Of a stretch of 32,000 bases of DNA, positions 8,214-18,380 are shown piece by piece. This stretch comes from Thermoproteus tenax Kra 1 (GTDB lineage: Archaea > Thermoproteota > Thermoprotei > Thermoproteales > Thermoproteaceae), in the NCBI RefSeq assembly GCF_000253055.1, contig NC_016070.1, positions 960,001 through 992,000 on the forward strand, in the 5' to 3' direction. Each line of letters begins with the position of its first letter. The stretch's first letter is position 1. Under the pieces are notes generated by a model. That model was not told the origin of the DNA. It saw only the letters and a program-made list of their open reading frames with translations, and made no database searches. The translations under genes and the position numbers were made by a program.

Positions 8214-9157
8214 TTGAGCTCGCCGTCCTTTACCCCGGCCCTTTGGCGGGCCGTCTTCTGTCCGGCTGGGGCTTCGAGGTAGTCAAAGTGGAGCCTCCAG
8301 GGGGAGACCCCCTCCGCTCCTACATACCCTCCCTCTTCAACGTCTTAAACGCAGGCAAATACAGCGTGGTCTTGGACCTGAGGAAGGCCGAGGATAGATC
8401 CCGCCTCTACAAGCTGGTGGAGGACGCCGACGTGGTTCTGACGAGCTTCCGGCCCAACGCCGCCGAGAGGCTCGGCGTCTCCTATAGGGCCTTGAGCTCG
8501 GTGAACCGCCGCCTAGTCTATGTGGCAGTGACTGGATACAGCGGCTCCAGCCTCCCGGGACACGACATAAACTTCGCTGCTGTCGCGGGTCTCCTCAAGG
8601 ATGGGCCTATAATACCTCAATGTGTGGACGTGGCCTCCGGGCTGGCGGCCGCCTTCGTGGCGGCGGTCGCTGTAGCGACGGGCCGGGCGGGATACTACGA
8701 GGTGCCCATGGAGGCGGCCGCCCACCTATTGAATTTGCTCAATTTTGCACAGATAAAGGACGGAGTCGCGCCCCACTTAACCGGCAGATATCCTTTCTAC
8801 AACGTCTACAAGTGTGCGGACGGCTCAGTGGCGTTGGGCGCAGTGGAGGAAAAGTTCTGGCGGCGGTTTGTTGCGCTTATAGGCCGGGAGGACCTGGGGG
8901 ACAAGATGTACGACGAGGGAACAACGGCCGAGGTACAGAGGGAGCTTGCAGGAAGGGAATGCTCCGAGCTTCTGAGGAGGGCCGCTGAGGCCGACGTTCC
9001 TCTCTCGCCCGTACGCCCTCTTACCGAGGTCGCCGCCTCAGTGGACCTCGAGGAGCTCATAGGGGTGTTCGCGCCGGCGGGAGGGCCGGCGCCCAAGTTG
9101 GGAGAACACAACCATCTGGCCGAGGACAGATGTGGAGGTCAGCCCCGACAGGAATGA
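8195..9157 (+). CDS. CoA-transferase family III / alpha-methylacyl-CoA racemase-like protein
   Basis: 'ELAVLYPGPLAGRLLSGWGFEVVKVEPPGGDPLRSY', 'YSVVLDLRKAEDRSRLYKLVEDADVVLTSFRPNAAERLGVSY'. Start placed at ATG 8195 rather than track start 8171. The C-terminus is short for the family. Confidence 0.85.
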   Translation: MAKRRVIELAVLYPGPLAGRLLSGWGFEVVKVEPPGGDPLRSYIPSLFNVLNAGKYSVVLDLRKAEDRSRLYKLVEDADVVLTSFRPNAAERLGVSYRALSSVNRRLVYVAVTGYSGSSLPGHDINFAAVAGLLKDGPIIPQCVDVASGLAAAFVAAVAVATGRAGYYEVPMEAAAHLLNLLNFAQIKDGVAPHLTGRYPFYNVYKCADGSVALGAVEEKFWRRFVALIGREDLGDKMYDEGTTAEVQRELAGRECSELLRRAAEADVPLSPVRPLTEVAASVDLEELIGVFAPAGGPAPKLGEHNHLAEDRCGGQPRQE

Positions 9158-9244
9158 CGTCACCGCTCAGTGGCGGCACACGTCATCAACTGTGATATCT
9201 AGGTAATATTCTTGAATTTTTAAAAGAGCGTTGCCCCTTATCCC

Positions 9245-10465
9245 ATGAGCCCAAAGACTATATCAATAATTGTTGTAATAATTATCGTTGCCATTGCCGC
9301 CGCGATATTCCTCACCCAACAGAGGGGCACCCCCCAGGCCGGCGCTACTACGCAGAACGCGACCTCTAAACAGATATATGTCATATATGATATAGGCGGG
9401 CGCGGCGATCTGTCGTTCAACGACATGGCCTATTTAGGCGCCTCCAAGGCCGCCCAAGATTTCGGGCTCCAGCTTGTGCAACTTCAGAGCAAGACCCAAG
9501 ACGACTACCTGCCCAATTTGAGACTGGCGGCGAAGAACAATCCACTATTGATAGTGGCCGTAGGCTTTCTGATGACCGACGCAGTTAAGGAGGCGGCCAC
9601 CGAGTTCCCGAACGCCCACTTCGTTATTATAGACGGCTTTGTCAATAAATCAAATGTCTTGTCTATACAGTTTAAGGAGAACGAGGGCAGCGCCCTGGTC
9701 GGCGCCCTCGCGGCGCTTACGGCATACTACTTCAACTGCACCAAGGTGGGCATAGTGTTGGGCATGGACATACCTGTGCTCTGGAAGTTCGAAATAGGCT
9801 ACGCCTACGGCGTGAGGTGGGCGCAACAGTATATTGCCCAGAAGTTCGGCAAAAACGTCACCTTCACTATCTATTACGTCTACACCGGCTCCTTCAACGA
9901 CCCAGCCAAGGGCAAACAAGCGGCTCAAGCCATGTTGGCCCAAGGCGTATGCGTCATATATCAAGCGGCTGGCGCCACAGGCCTAGGAGTTTTTGACGCA
10001 GTGGCTGAGGCAGGACAGAAGATGGGTCGGACAATGGGCCCGCCGTTCGCCATAGGAGTTGACGCAGATCAAGACTACATTAAGCCGGGCTTCATCTTGG
10101 CCTCTATGATGAAGCGCGTGGACGTCGCCGTCTATAAGGCGGCCCAGATGGCGGTCAACGGGCAGTTCAAGGGAGGGCTAATGTTGCTCGGTCTCAAAGA
10201 CGGCGGCGTATCGGTGAGCACGTTGGACGACCTGAACCAGTTCCTACAGTTGGGCATTCAGGCGGGCGCCGTGAAGGCGTCGGACGCCCAGAACATCATT
10301 AATAAAGTCAAGGAGATGCGCGACTCTATACCTCAGTGGATATGGCAGGCTGTGGACGAGCTTAAGGAGGAGATAATATCGGGCAAGGTGCAAGTGCCGT
10401 TGCCCACTACGAGGGACCAGCTTAACTACTATAGACAAGTCCTCGGACTGACCGGGTCCGGCTAA
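9245..10465 (+). CDS. BMP-family (nucleoside-type) ABC transporter substrate-binding protein
   Basis: N-terminal anchor then Ser/Thr-rich linker, 'IGGRGDLSFNDMAYLGASKAAQDFG', 'DDYLPNLRLAAKNNPLLIVAVGFLMTDAV', 'AIGVDADQDYIKPGFILASMMKRVDVAVY'. Confidence 0.92.
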   Translation: MSPKTISIIVVIIIVAIAAAIFLTQQRGTPQAGATTQNATSKQIYVIYDIGGRGDLSFNDMAYLGASKAAQDFGLQLVQLQSKTQDDYLPNLRLAAKNNPLLIVAVGFLMTDAVKEAATEFPNAHFVIIDGFVNKSNVLSIQFKENEGSALVGALAALTAYYFNCTKVGIVLGMDIPVLWKFEIGYAYGVRWAQQYIAQKFGKNVTFTIYYVYTGSFNDPAKGKQAAQAMLAQGVCVIYQAAGATGLGVFDAVAEAGQKMGRTMGPPFAIGVDADQDYIKPGFILASMMKRVDVAVYKAAQMAVNGQFKGGLMLLGLKDGGVSVSTLDDLNQFLQLGIQAGAVKASDAQNIINKVKEMRDSIPQWIWQAVDELKEEIISGKVQVPLPTTRDQLNYYRQVLGLTGSG

Positions 10466-11899
10466 ATGATATCTCTCAAGGAAATACACAAAATTTTTCC
10501 AGACGGCACGCACGCCCTCAAGGGCGTCTCCCTCGATCTGAGGCCGGGGGAGGTCTTGGCCCTATTGGGCGAGAATGGCGCTGGCAAGACCACGTTGATG
10601 AAGATTTTGTCGGGCATCTATGAGCCGACCGCAGGCGTCATCGAGATCGGCGGGAGAGCCATCAGGTTCAAAAGCGCCAGAGACGCCCTCAATATGGGCA
10701 TAGCTATGGTGCATCAACACCTCTCCCTAATCGACGAGCTTACGCCCCTAGAGAACGTGGCACTATATATGGGGCCCTCTCTGCGGGGCATCGATAAGAA
10801 TCTCGAGCGAGGGGTGAGGGCAATAGCCGAGTCTCTCGGCTTCGAGATAGACTGGGCAAGGCCGGTGGGAGAGCTCCCGCTAGGAGTTAGACAGAGGATC
10901 GAGATAGTCAAGGCGCTCTATCTGGGCGCCCGCGTGCTGATATTGGACGAGCCTACGTCGTTGCTCTCTCCGCCTGAGGTGAAACAGTTGATTGATACAG
11001 TCAAGACGCTGAGGTCCCAGGGGAGGACTATCGTCTTCATAACGCACAAAATCCCAGAGGCGCTGGCGGTGGCCGATAGAGTCGTCGTCCTACGGCGCGG
11101 GGAGAAGGTCGGGGAATACTCGCCCGACACTAGCCCGGAGACGCTTGTAGAGGCAATGGTCGGTAGAAGATATGCGTGGGCGTTGGAGAGATCGGGCGGC
11201 CCCGGCGATGTGGTGCTCTCGGTCGAGGACCTCTGGGTTTACGAGAGGGGACGGCCCCTACTGCAGGGCGTGTCTCTCTCGGTCCGGAGACAGGAGATCC
11301 ATGCCTTGGTCGGAGTAGAGGGGAATGGGCAGGAGACCCTTGTTGATGTCATTGTCGGCTTGAGAGAGCCGGCGCGGGGGGAGATCAGACTCCGCGGAAA
11401 GCTAGCGTACATACCCGAGGACCGGCACGGCAGAGCTCTCGCCCTGGAGCTCCCCTTGGTTCACAACGCAGTCCTGGGCCTACACAAGAAGTTCTCACGG
11501 AGGGGTCTCTTCGACTGGAGGGGGGCCCGCGGCTTCGCCTCGAAGCTCATAGAGGAGTTCTCCATAGTTGCGCCGGGGCCAGACGCGGTAGCGAAATCGC
11601 TATCGGGAGGCAATCAGCAGAAGCTAGTTGTGGGGAGGGAGCTCAGCAAGGGGGCCGACTTAATAGTGGCGCATCAGCCGACGCGCGGTCTCGACGTAAT
11701 GACCACCGACTACGTACATAAGTTGCTCATGGACGCGAGGAACGCCGGCTCCGGCGTTCTGTTGATAAGCAGCGACTTGGACGAGGCCTTGAAGCTCGCC
11801 GATAGGGTGTCTGTGATATATAGGGGGCGGATCGTCTTAACAAAGCCGCTGGGCGAGACCTCAGTGGACGAAATAGGCAGAGCTATGGCCGGGCTATGA
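10466..11899 (+). CDS. ABC transporter ATP-binding protein with two nucleotide-binding domains (sugar/nucleoside type)
   Basis: 'LLGENGAGKTTLMKILSGIYEP', 'LPLGVRQRIEIVKALYLGARVLILDEPT', 'VEGNGQETLVDVIVGL', 'LSGGNQQKLVVGRELSKGADLIVAHQPTRGLDV'. Confidence 0.95.
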   Translation: MISLKEIHKIFPDGTHALKGVSLDLRPGEVLALLGENGAGKTTLMKILSGIYEPTAGVIEIGGRAIRFKSARDALNMGIAMVHQHLSLIDELTPLENVALYMGPSLRGIDKNLERGVRAIAESLGFEIDWARPVGELPLGVRQRIEIVKALYLGARVLILDEPTSLLSPPEVKQLIDTVKTLRSQGRTIVFITHKIPEALAVADRVVVLRRGEKVGEYSPDTSPETLVEAMVGRRYAWALERSGGPGDVVLSVEDLWVYERGRPLLQGVSLSVRRQEIHALVGVEGNGQETLVDVIVGLREPARGEIRLRGKLAYIPEDRHGRALALELPLVHNAVLGLHKKFSRRGLFDWRGARGFASKLIEEFSIVAPGPDAVAKSLSGGNQQKLVVGRELSKGADLIVAHQPTRGLDVMTTDYVHKLLMDARNAGSGVLLISSDLDEALKLADRVSVIYRGRIVLTKPLGETSVDEIGRAMAGL

Positions 11900-12906
11900 G
11901 GGGCTTTCTAGACTCTCTGCTCTCCTTCGCCGTAGCCATAGCTGTGGGGGCCGCGGTCGTCTACGCCTCAGGGTACAGCCCCCTTTTGACGTATTACTCA
12001 ATGTTTGTGGTGCCGTTCACCGACGTGGTCTACATCACCTCCGCTCTGGCTGCTGCCACTCCCATAATACTGACAGGTCTGACGTTCGCTCTGGGGCTGA
12101 AGGCCGGCCTCTTCAACATAGGAGGAGAGGGGCAGGCCTATATGGGGGCGCTCGGGGCCGTCATTGCGTCTTACTTCTTCGCCGGTCTGCTTGCGCTCCC
12201 TCTCTCCTTTATCATCGGGATAGGGCTCGCCGTGTTGTGGGCCCTCGTGCCGGCCCTCTTGAGGACGACCAGAGGCGTCAACGAGGTCGTCAGCACCATA
12301 ATGATGAACTGGATAGCGTACTGGTTGACCATCATGGAGGCCTCTACGACTTTTTCTAACCCCATGCAGCCCTCGGAGACTATCAAGACGCCGCCGCAAG
12401 CCAGACTGACGCCTCTGCTGCCTGACACCAGTTTGACCGCAAGCTTCTTCATAGCCGTCGCTGCCGCGCTCCTCGTCCACTGGATGTTGGAGAGGTCGGT
12501 AGTAGGCTATGAGTTATCGGTGGCGGGGGCTAATCCGACGGCCGCCCGAGTGGCGGGGATACCTCAATCTAGGGTGATACTCTACTCCTTCGCATTGGGG
12601 GGAGTGACCTCGGGCATGGCGGGAGTCCTACAAGTGGTCGCGATGCCGCCGTCCTACAGTCTAGCCACCAACTTGGCCAACGTGTACGGCTTGGGGTTTG
12701 ACGGAATAACCGCCGCCATGTTGGGCAGAGGGAGCCCGCTGGGCACTTTGGCCGCAGCGCTCTTCTTGGGTCTGATGGAGGAGGGCGCGAGACATATGCA
12801 AGCTATCGCGTTGACTCCCTTCGAATTTGTGAAAATGCTCCAAGGCATTATGATATTGGTCATAGCGATCAGGATGTTGGAGGTATGGCGTGGGAGGCGG
12901 CGCTGA
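11896..12906 (+). CDS. ABC transporter permease (nucleoside/simple sugar type)
   Basis: 'TFALGLKAGLFNIGGEGQAYMGAL', 'RTTRGVNEVVSTIMMNWIAYWL'. Translationally coupled (4-nt overlap). Confidence 0.92.
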   Translation: MRGFLDSLLSFAVAIAVGAAVVYASGYSPLLTYYSMFVVPFTDVVYITSALAAATPIILTGLTFALGLKAGLFNIGGEGQAYMGALGAVIASYFFAGLLALPLSFIIGIGLAVLWALVPALLRTTRGVNEVVSTIMMNWIAYWLTIMEASTTFSNPMQPSETIKTPPQARLTPLLPDTSLTASFFIAVAAALLVHWMLERSVVGYELSVAGANPTAARVAGIPQSRVILYSFALGGVTSGMAGVLQVVAMPPSYSLATNLANVYGLGFDGITAAMLGRGSPLGTLAAALFLGLMEEGARHMQAIALTPFEFVKMLQGIMILVIAIRMLEVWRGRRR

Positions 12907-13754
12907 TACTGCTCACTCAGACAATACACGCGGCTGTGCCGATATTGTTAGCCGCCGTAGGGGAGATATTGGCCGAGAGAAGCGGCGTGGTCAACATAGG
13001 TCTGGAGGGGCTCATGCTCATAGGAGCATTCGTGGGAGTTCTAGTGGGGGACGTAACAAGCTCAGGCCTGTTGGGCATCTTGGCGGCGTGTGCGGTCGGC
13101 CTCGCCCTCGGCCTCCTCCACGGCGCTATCGCGGTGTACCTCAGAGGGGATCAGATCGTGGCCGGCGTTGCCATGAACTTATTTGCAGCGGGCCTCGTGG
13201 CCTACGGCATACAAGCGGTCTGGCACGTGGCTGGCTACAAACAGACGCCCCAGTGGGCCCTCGTGGATCCCAACGTGTTCACCGCCCTCGCCTTCGCCAT
13301 CTCCTTTATAGTTTGGTATATATTGAACAAGACGAGACTCGGCATAATTATAAGGGCTGTCGGAGAGGATCCGGAGGCGGCGTACAGCGCCGGCATAGAC
13401 GTCTTTAAGGTCAGACTGATCGCGACAGCCGTCGGAGCCGCTCTGGCGAGCCTCGGAGGCGCCTATCTGAGCCAGGCCTACCTATCGGTCGTCACCAAAG
13501 ATATATCGGCCGGCAGAGGCTTCATAGCGCTAGCCGACGTCGTGTTCGCCAATTGGAACCCGTTGTTGGCTGTGGCAGGCTCGTTGATATTTGGGTTCTT
13601 CGATGCGTTCTCCTACTGGCTACAACTCTACGGATTCGTGAGATATGAGGTCACGCGCATGATGCCCTATATTGCGACCTTGTTGGTCGTCGCAGGAGTA
13701 ATAGGCAAGGCAAGGCCGCCTAGAGCCTTGGGGAAGCCCTTCAAAAAGGAATGA
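12885..13754 (+). CDS. ABC transporter permease (nucleoside/simple sugar type)
   Basis: 'AVPILLAAVGEILAERSGVVNIGLEGLMLIGAFVGV', 'TRLGIIIRAVGEDPEAAYSAGIDVFKVRLIA'. Confidence 0.92.
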   Translation: MAWEAALILLTQTIHAAVPILLAAVGEILAERSGVVNIGLEGLMLIGAFVGVLVGDVTSSGLLGILAACAVGLALGLLHGAIAVYLRGDQIVAGVAMNLFAAGLVAYGIQAVWHVAGYKQTPQWALVDPNVFTALAFAISFIVWYILNKTRLGIIIRAVGEDPEAAYSAGIDVFKVRLIATAVGAALASLGGAYLSQAYLSVVTKDISAGRGFIALADVVFANWNPLLAVAGSLIFGFFDAFSYWLQLYGFVRYEVTRMMPYIATLLVVAGVIGKARPPRALGKPFKKE

Positions 13755-13766
13755 CCTACTCTCCGC

Positions 13767-15050
13767 CTAAAGGGCGGAGCCTGCGGCTGCAAGCTCTTTA
13801 TTTTTAGTCTCCGGCAGAGCCAACAGGGCTGAGACAAACGCTACTGCGACTACTATGTACGTGTACCACAGGCCCGCGAGCGGATTATTGAACGCGATGC
13901 TCATGGCCTGCATTATCGACGGCGTAAAGCCTCCGAAGAAGCCCAAGCCCAAGTTGAACGCCACAGACATCCCGGTGTATCTCACCCTAGTGGGGAAAAG
14001 CTCGGCCAACGCCGTGCCCAACACGCCGAAAGTGAAAGCCGTCGCCCCGATCATGACGAACACCAGCGCCGACGCCAGAGCTACATCCCTCGTATAGCCC
14101 AGGGCGTAGTATATGGGGTAGTATGTGGCAAGCCCCATCGCGAGGCCTACAAGATATACGCCCCTCCTGCCCCATCTGTCCCCGAGCCATGCGGCGAAGA
14201 TGTAGAGGGGCAGTTGCGCCAACGAGGCGGCGCCGACTATCAAGTTGCTCTCCACGGGCGACCACTTGGGGACTGACGTCAGATAGGTGAATATGTAGCC
14301 CGTCGACGTGTAGGCCAACACGCCGTGGCCCGCGGCAATGACAAGGCCCAACAATATCCATTTCCAGTGTCTGGCGAAGGCCTCGGCGAGGGGCACGCCG
14401 GATATATCGCCGCTGTTCTTTATGGCTTGGAATAGGGGCGTCTCGGCGAGCTTAAGTCTGAAGTATAGGCCCAAGACCGTCAGAACTATTGCCAGAAGGA
14501 AGGGCACTCTCCACCCCCATGCGGCGAAGTCGGACTTAGGAAGGAGGAGGGACGACAAAACCACTGTGAACGACGAGAGGCCGAGGCCGAGAGGCGGTGT
14601 AGCCGAGAGGAAGCCGGCGTAATAGGCCCTCTTGCCGCTGGGGGCGTGCTCCACGACGTAGGTCACAGCTCCGCCGTACTCTCCCCCGAGCGCGACGCCT
14701 TGTATCATCCTCAGAGCTGTGAGGAGGGCGGGGGCCGCCAAGCCGATCTGGTCGTAGGTGGGCACAAGCCCTATAGCCGTCGTGGCCAGACCCATGGTCA
14801 GAAGGGTGGCCAAGAAAGTGGTCTTTCTCCCGATTCTGTCGCCCAAGTGGCCGAACAGCGCTGCTCCGACCGGTCTGACGACGAAGCCTGTGGCGAACAC
14901 TAGCCAAGTGAACAGCAGCGCGGCCGCTTGATCGCTCTTCGGGAAAAACGTGGCGGCAATAAAGGGAGTCAGAGATGCGAACGCAAAAAAGTCGTACCAC
15001 TCTATCAACGTCCCTATGGTCGACGCCGTAACTATAAACCTTATAGACAT
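13767..15050 (-). CDS. MFS transporter, metabolite:H+ symporter (MHS) type
   Basis: 'GTLIEWYDFFAFASLTPFIAATFFP', 'FATGFVVRPVGAALFGHLGDRIGRK', 'LRMIQGVALGGEYGGAVTYVVEHAP'. Confidence 0.93.
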   Translation of the reverse strand: MSIRFIVTASTIGTLIEWYDFFAFASLTPFIAATFFPKSDQAAALLFTWLVFATGFVVRPVGAALFGHLGDRIGRKTTFLATLLTMGLATTAIGLVPTYDQIGLAAPALLTALRMIQGVALGGEYGGAVTYVVEHAPSGKRAYYAGFLSATPPLGLGLSSFTVVLSSLLLPKSDFAAWGWRVPFLLAIVLTVLGLYFRLKLAETPLFQAIKNSGDISGVPLAEAFARHWKWILLGLVIAAGHGVLAYTSTGYIFTYLTSVPKWSPVESNLIVGAASLAQLPLYIFAAWLGDRWGRRGVYLVGLAMGLATYYPIYYALGYTRDVALASALVFVMIGATAFTFGVLGTALAELFPTRVRYTGMSVAFNLGLGFFGGFTPSIMQAMSIAFNNPLAGLWYTYIVVAVAFVSALLALPETKNKELAAAGSAL

Positions 15051-15162
15051 AATATAGGCTGGAGACTGGTATATATATGTTGGCCGACCCCGGGACGGCC
15101 AGAAGCTCCGCCTTGCTCCTCAGCGCCTTCAATCGGCTTGGGGACGCTCAGCCTGAGGCGCA

Positions 15163-15229
15163 TATTTTGCGCGACTGAAAAGGGGACTCCGCTACGCCTC
15201 GCCGCGATGTCCGCAAATTTTGCGCGATC
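15163..15229. repeat. Pair of short direct repeats in the divergent MFS intergenic region
   Basis: 'attttgcgcga' occurs at 15163-15173 and again at about 15219-15229. Confidence 0.5.
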
Positions 15230-16490
15230 AGTTTATCTCCTCAATGCCCAGTTCTGGCACATGCGCGCGTCTGAAGCGAAGTTAATAACGTCGGCCGGCA
15301 TAGGCTGGATGTTCGACGCCATGGACGTGTTATTGTTGTCCTATATATTGGTGGCCGCCGCGGGCGAGCTCGGCATGGGCGTCGGCGAGAAGGGCGCAGT
15401 GATCCTCTTGAACAACTTGGGCATGTTGGCAGGCGCCTTCCTTTTTGGAAGGCTGGCCGACCTCTACGGCAGAAAGCCCATCTTTATGGCGACGTTGATC
15501 TTGTACAGCATAGGCACCGCTCTGACAGCTCTGGCGCCCGACTGGCAATTTTTGGCGGCCGTCCGTTTTCTGACGGGCTTGGGGCTCGGCGGCGAGCTGC
15601 CGGTGGCCGCCTCTCTAGTTTCCGAGCTCTCCTCTGAGGTCCACAGGGGCAGAAACGTGGTGCTCCTCGAGAGCTTCTGGTCTCTGGGCTCTATAGTCGC
15701 AGCGGCCGTCGCAGCCTTCGTATTCCCCGCCTACGGCTGGCGTATCCCCCTAGCGTTGCTCTCAGCTACAGCGCTCTACGCCCTCTACCTCAGGAGGTCT
15801 GTGCCTGAGTCTCCTCTCTGGCTATACTATAGAGATCCCAAGGGCGCTCAGGCGGTTGCTCAGATGTACGGAATCACAGTGGGGCCCGCGCCGAGGCACA
15901 AACTCGGCGAGCTACTCTCTGAGTACCGAAGGCAGACCCTAGTGTTGTTGGCCCTATGGCTCCTCCTGGCCTTTGGGTACTACGGCGTCTTCCTCTGGTT
16001 GCCCACGATGATAGTGAGGAGAGGATACAGCATAGTTGCCACCTTTGAGTACTCCTTTTTGATGTCTCTGGCGCAGCTCCCCGGCTATTTCACAGCCGCC
16101 TATCTGATAGACAGATTGGGGAGGAGGAAGAGCATTTCCCTCTTCTTCTTGGGATCGGCGCTATCGGCGTTGGCCTTCGCCTCAGCGCCCTCGACGTCCG
16201 CTCTGATAGCCTCAGGGGTGGCTCTTAACTTCTTCAACTTAGGCGCGTGGGGCCTCATATATGCCTATACGCCCGAATCTTATCCAACCGATCTAAGGGC
16301 CACTGGAATGGGCGCCGGCGGAGCAGCGGCGCGCGTGGGGATGATAATTGGTCCGCTGATCCCCGCTCTAGTTGGATACGATCCAGCTCTGTTCATCTTC
16401 TCTATATCTTGGATAATAAGCGCAATCATAATAATATTTGGAAAAGAAACAAAAATAAAAAATAAAAATGTAATAAAAACAATTTTTTAA
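15207..16490 (+). CDS. MFS transporter (sugar/aromatic acid-type)
   Basis: 'GIGWMFDAMDVLLLSYIL', 'GRLADLYGRKPIFMATL', 'RFLTGLGLGGELPVAASLVSE', 'IDRLGRRKSISLFF', 'TPESYPTDLRATGMG'. Start at ATG 15207 is more plausible than the track start at 14928, which lies inside the divergent gene. Confidence 0.9.
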   Translation: MSANFARSVYLLNAQFWHMRASEAKLITSAGIGWMFDAMDVLLLSYILVAAAGELGMGVGEKGAVILLNNLGMLAGAFLFGRLADLYGRKPIFMATLILYSIGTALTALAPDWQFLAAVRFLTGLGLGGELPVAASLVSELSSEVHRGRNVVLLESFWSLGSIVAAAVAAFVFPAYGWRIPLALLSATALYALYLRRSVPESPLWLYYRDPKGAQAVAQMYGITVGPAPRHKLGELLSEYRRQTLVLLALWLLLAFGYYGVFLWLPTMIVRRGYSIVATFEYSFLMSLAQLPGYFTAAYLIDRLGRRKSISLFFLGSALSALAFASAPSTSALIASGVALNFFNLGAWGLIYAYTPESYPTDLRATGMGAGGAAARVGMIIGPLIPALVGYDPALFIFSISWIISAIIIIFGKETKIKNKNVIKTIF

Positions 16491-16672
16491 TGCTCTGACT
16501 TTTATCGATTAGAGAATTTAGCTGTGTGCATTGTGATATTATATCAAGGGAGGTAAATTTATTCGGCGGGAACCAAAATCTCAATAGCTCTATCTACAAA
16601 ATATAATCTATTTATTTGAATATAGACATTATGTAAATAAAAGCTTATAAGTATCTAAAAAACAGATTCAAT

Positions 16673-17950
16673 ATGGCAGTAGGCCAAATAAACGCGTTCC
16701 TCGGCAACACGCTCTACCTCCTCCGTCGAAGTATAGAGATGGGCGGTTTCCCTGAGGAGCTCTACGAGATCCTCTCCCATCCAAAGAGGATCCTCACTGT
16801 ATATATCCCCGTTAGGATGGACAACGGCAAGATAGTTGTCTTCGAGGGCTACCGCGTCCAACACAACGACGCGCTCGGCCCCTACAAGGGCGGCATAAGG
16901 TTCCACCCCGAGGTGACCCTCGCCGACGACATAGCCCTGGCCACCCTCATGACCCTCAAGAACAGCCTGGCCGGCATACCCTACGGCGGAGCCAAAGGCG
17001 CCGTTAGGGTCGACCCCAAGAGGCTGTCCCAGAGGGAGCTCGAGGAGCTCAGCCGGGGCTACGCGAGGGCCGTGGCGCCGCTCATAGGCGACGTGGTGGA
17101 CATACCTGCGCCCGACGTCGGGACCAACTCGCAGATAATGGCGTGGATGGTGGACGAGCTGTCCAAGATCAAGGGCTACAACGTGCCCGGGGCCTTCACG
17201 GCCAAGCCGCCCGAGCTCTGGGGCAACCCTGTGAGGGAGTACTCGACCGGGCTCGGCGTGGCGGTAAGTGCGGTCGGCATAGCCAAGATACTCTGGGGAT
17301 CCGCCGAAGGGAAAACCGTCGCTGTCCAGGGCTTGGGCAACGTGGGAAGGTGGGCGGCATACTGGCTCGAGAGAATGGGGCTGAAGGTTGTGGCAGTGTC
17401 TGAGATCAACGGCACATTATATAAAAAAGACGGGCTCTCAGTCGCCGAGTTTGTGGAGAAGGGGAGGACGTTGAGGGGGCCTGACCTACTGAACGAGCTC
17501 TCTAAACACAACGGCGTAGCGCCTCTCCCAGACTCCAACGCGATATTCGGCGTAGATGCAGATATATTAGTTCCGGCAGCCATGGAGAACGTCATCACTG
17601 AGGAGAACGTCGGAAGGGTGAAGGCCAAGGTGATAGTCGAGGGGGCCAACGGCCCGACCACCCCCGAGGCTGAGGCGGAGCTCTACAGAAGGGGCGCCGT
17701 CGTTGTCCCGGACATATTGGCCAACGCAGGGGGCGTGGTCATGTCCTATCTGGAGTGGGTCGAGAACCTGTCGTGGAGCTTCTGGGACGAGGAGGAGACG
17801 AGGAGGAGGCTCGAGAGGATAATGACGGAGAACATGAAGAGGATCTATCAGAGGTGGATCCAAGAGAAGGGCTGGACTATGAGGGACGCGGCGCTGGTGA
17901 TAGCCGTGGAGAGGGTATACAAGGCGATGAAGGCGAGGGGCTGGATTTAA
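16673..17950 (+). CDS. gdhA: Glutamate dehydrogenase
   Basis: '[53 protein letters not shown]', '[16 protein letters not shown]', '[17 protein letters not shown]', '[13 protein letters not shown]'. TATA-like gcttataag about 26 nt upstream. Confidence 0.97.
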   Translation: MAVGQINAFLGNTLYLLRRSIEMGGFPEELYEILSHPKRILTVYIPVRMDNGKIVVFEGYRVQHNDALGPYKGGIRFHPEVTLADDIALATLMTLKNSLAGIPYGGAKGAVRVDPKRLSQRELEELSRGYARAVAPLIGDVVDIPAPDVGTNSQIMAWMVDELSKIKGYNVPGAFTAKPPELWGNPVREYSTGLGVAVSAVGIAKILWGSAEGKTVAVQGLGNVGRWAAYWLERMGLKVVAVSEINGTLYKKDGLSVAEFVEKGRTLRGPDLLNELSKHNGVAPLPDSNAIFGVDADILVPAAMENVITEENVGRVKAKVIVEGANGPTTPEAEAELYRRGAVVVPDILANAGGVVMSYLEWVENLSWSFWDEEETRRRLERIMTENMKRIYQRWIQEKGWTMRDAALVIAVERVYKAMKARGWI

Positions 17951-17970
17951 ATTGTAAACGGTTTTTCTAC

Positions 17971-18333
17971 ATGCCCGAGCTCCTTAAGTCAAAGGCCCAC
18001 GGACTAGTGGTGACAGGCAAGGATCTGCACTACGAGGGCTCGCTCACGTTGGGGCGGGACATAATGGAGGCAACGGGCCTGCTCCCTCTGGAGAGAGTGG
18101 AGGTCTACAATGTCACAAACGGAGCCCGCTTCACGACGTACGTAATACCTGGAGAAGACGGACAAGTGGTGCTCAACGGGGCGGCCGCCAGACTCGGCGA
18201 GGTCGGGGACATATTGATAGTGGCCTCCTACGAGTGCGCCGCCGATCCAACCGGACATGTGGCCACTGTGGCGATCTTTCAGAACAATAGGCTGAAGGAG
18301 ATCAAAAGGGTCTCGCCCCGCGACCTACGCTGA
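17971..18333 (+). CDS. panD: Aspartate 1-decarboxylase, pyruvoyl-dependent (PanD-like)
   Basis: From ATG 17971: 'MPELLKSKAHGLVVTGKDLHYEGSLTLGRDIMEATGLLPLERVEVYNVTNGARFTTYVIPG...VLNGAAARLGEVGDILIVASY'. Gly-Ser self-cleavage site at residues 23-24. Confidence 0.88.
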   Translation: MPELLKSKAHGLVVTGKDLHYEGSLTLGRDIMEATGLLPLERVEVYNVTNGARFTTYVIPGEDGQVVLNGAAARLGEVGDILIVASYECAADPTGHVATVAIFQNNRLKEIKRVSPRDLR

Positions 18334-18380
18334 GGGGTCACTACGGCGCACTGGGGCAGTTCTCTTCTTGGTTATCGTTG

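Noticed and set aside
14928-15206. 93-aa N-terminal extension of the MFS protein in the ORF track
   Set aside because: It overlaps the divergent MFS gene and its promoter, is Arg/Pro/Cys-rich, and does not look like an MFS N-terminus. ATG 15207 gives a normal start.
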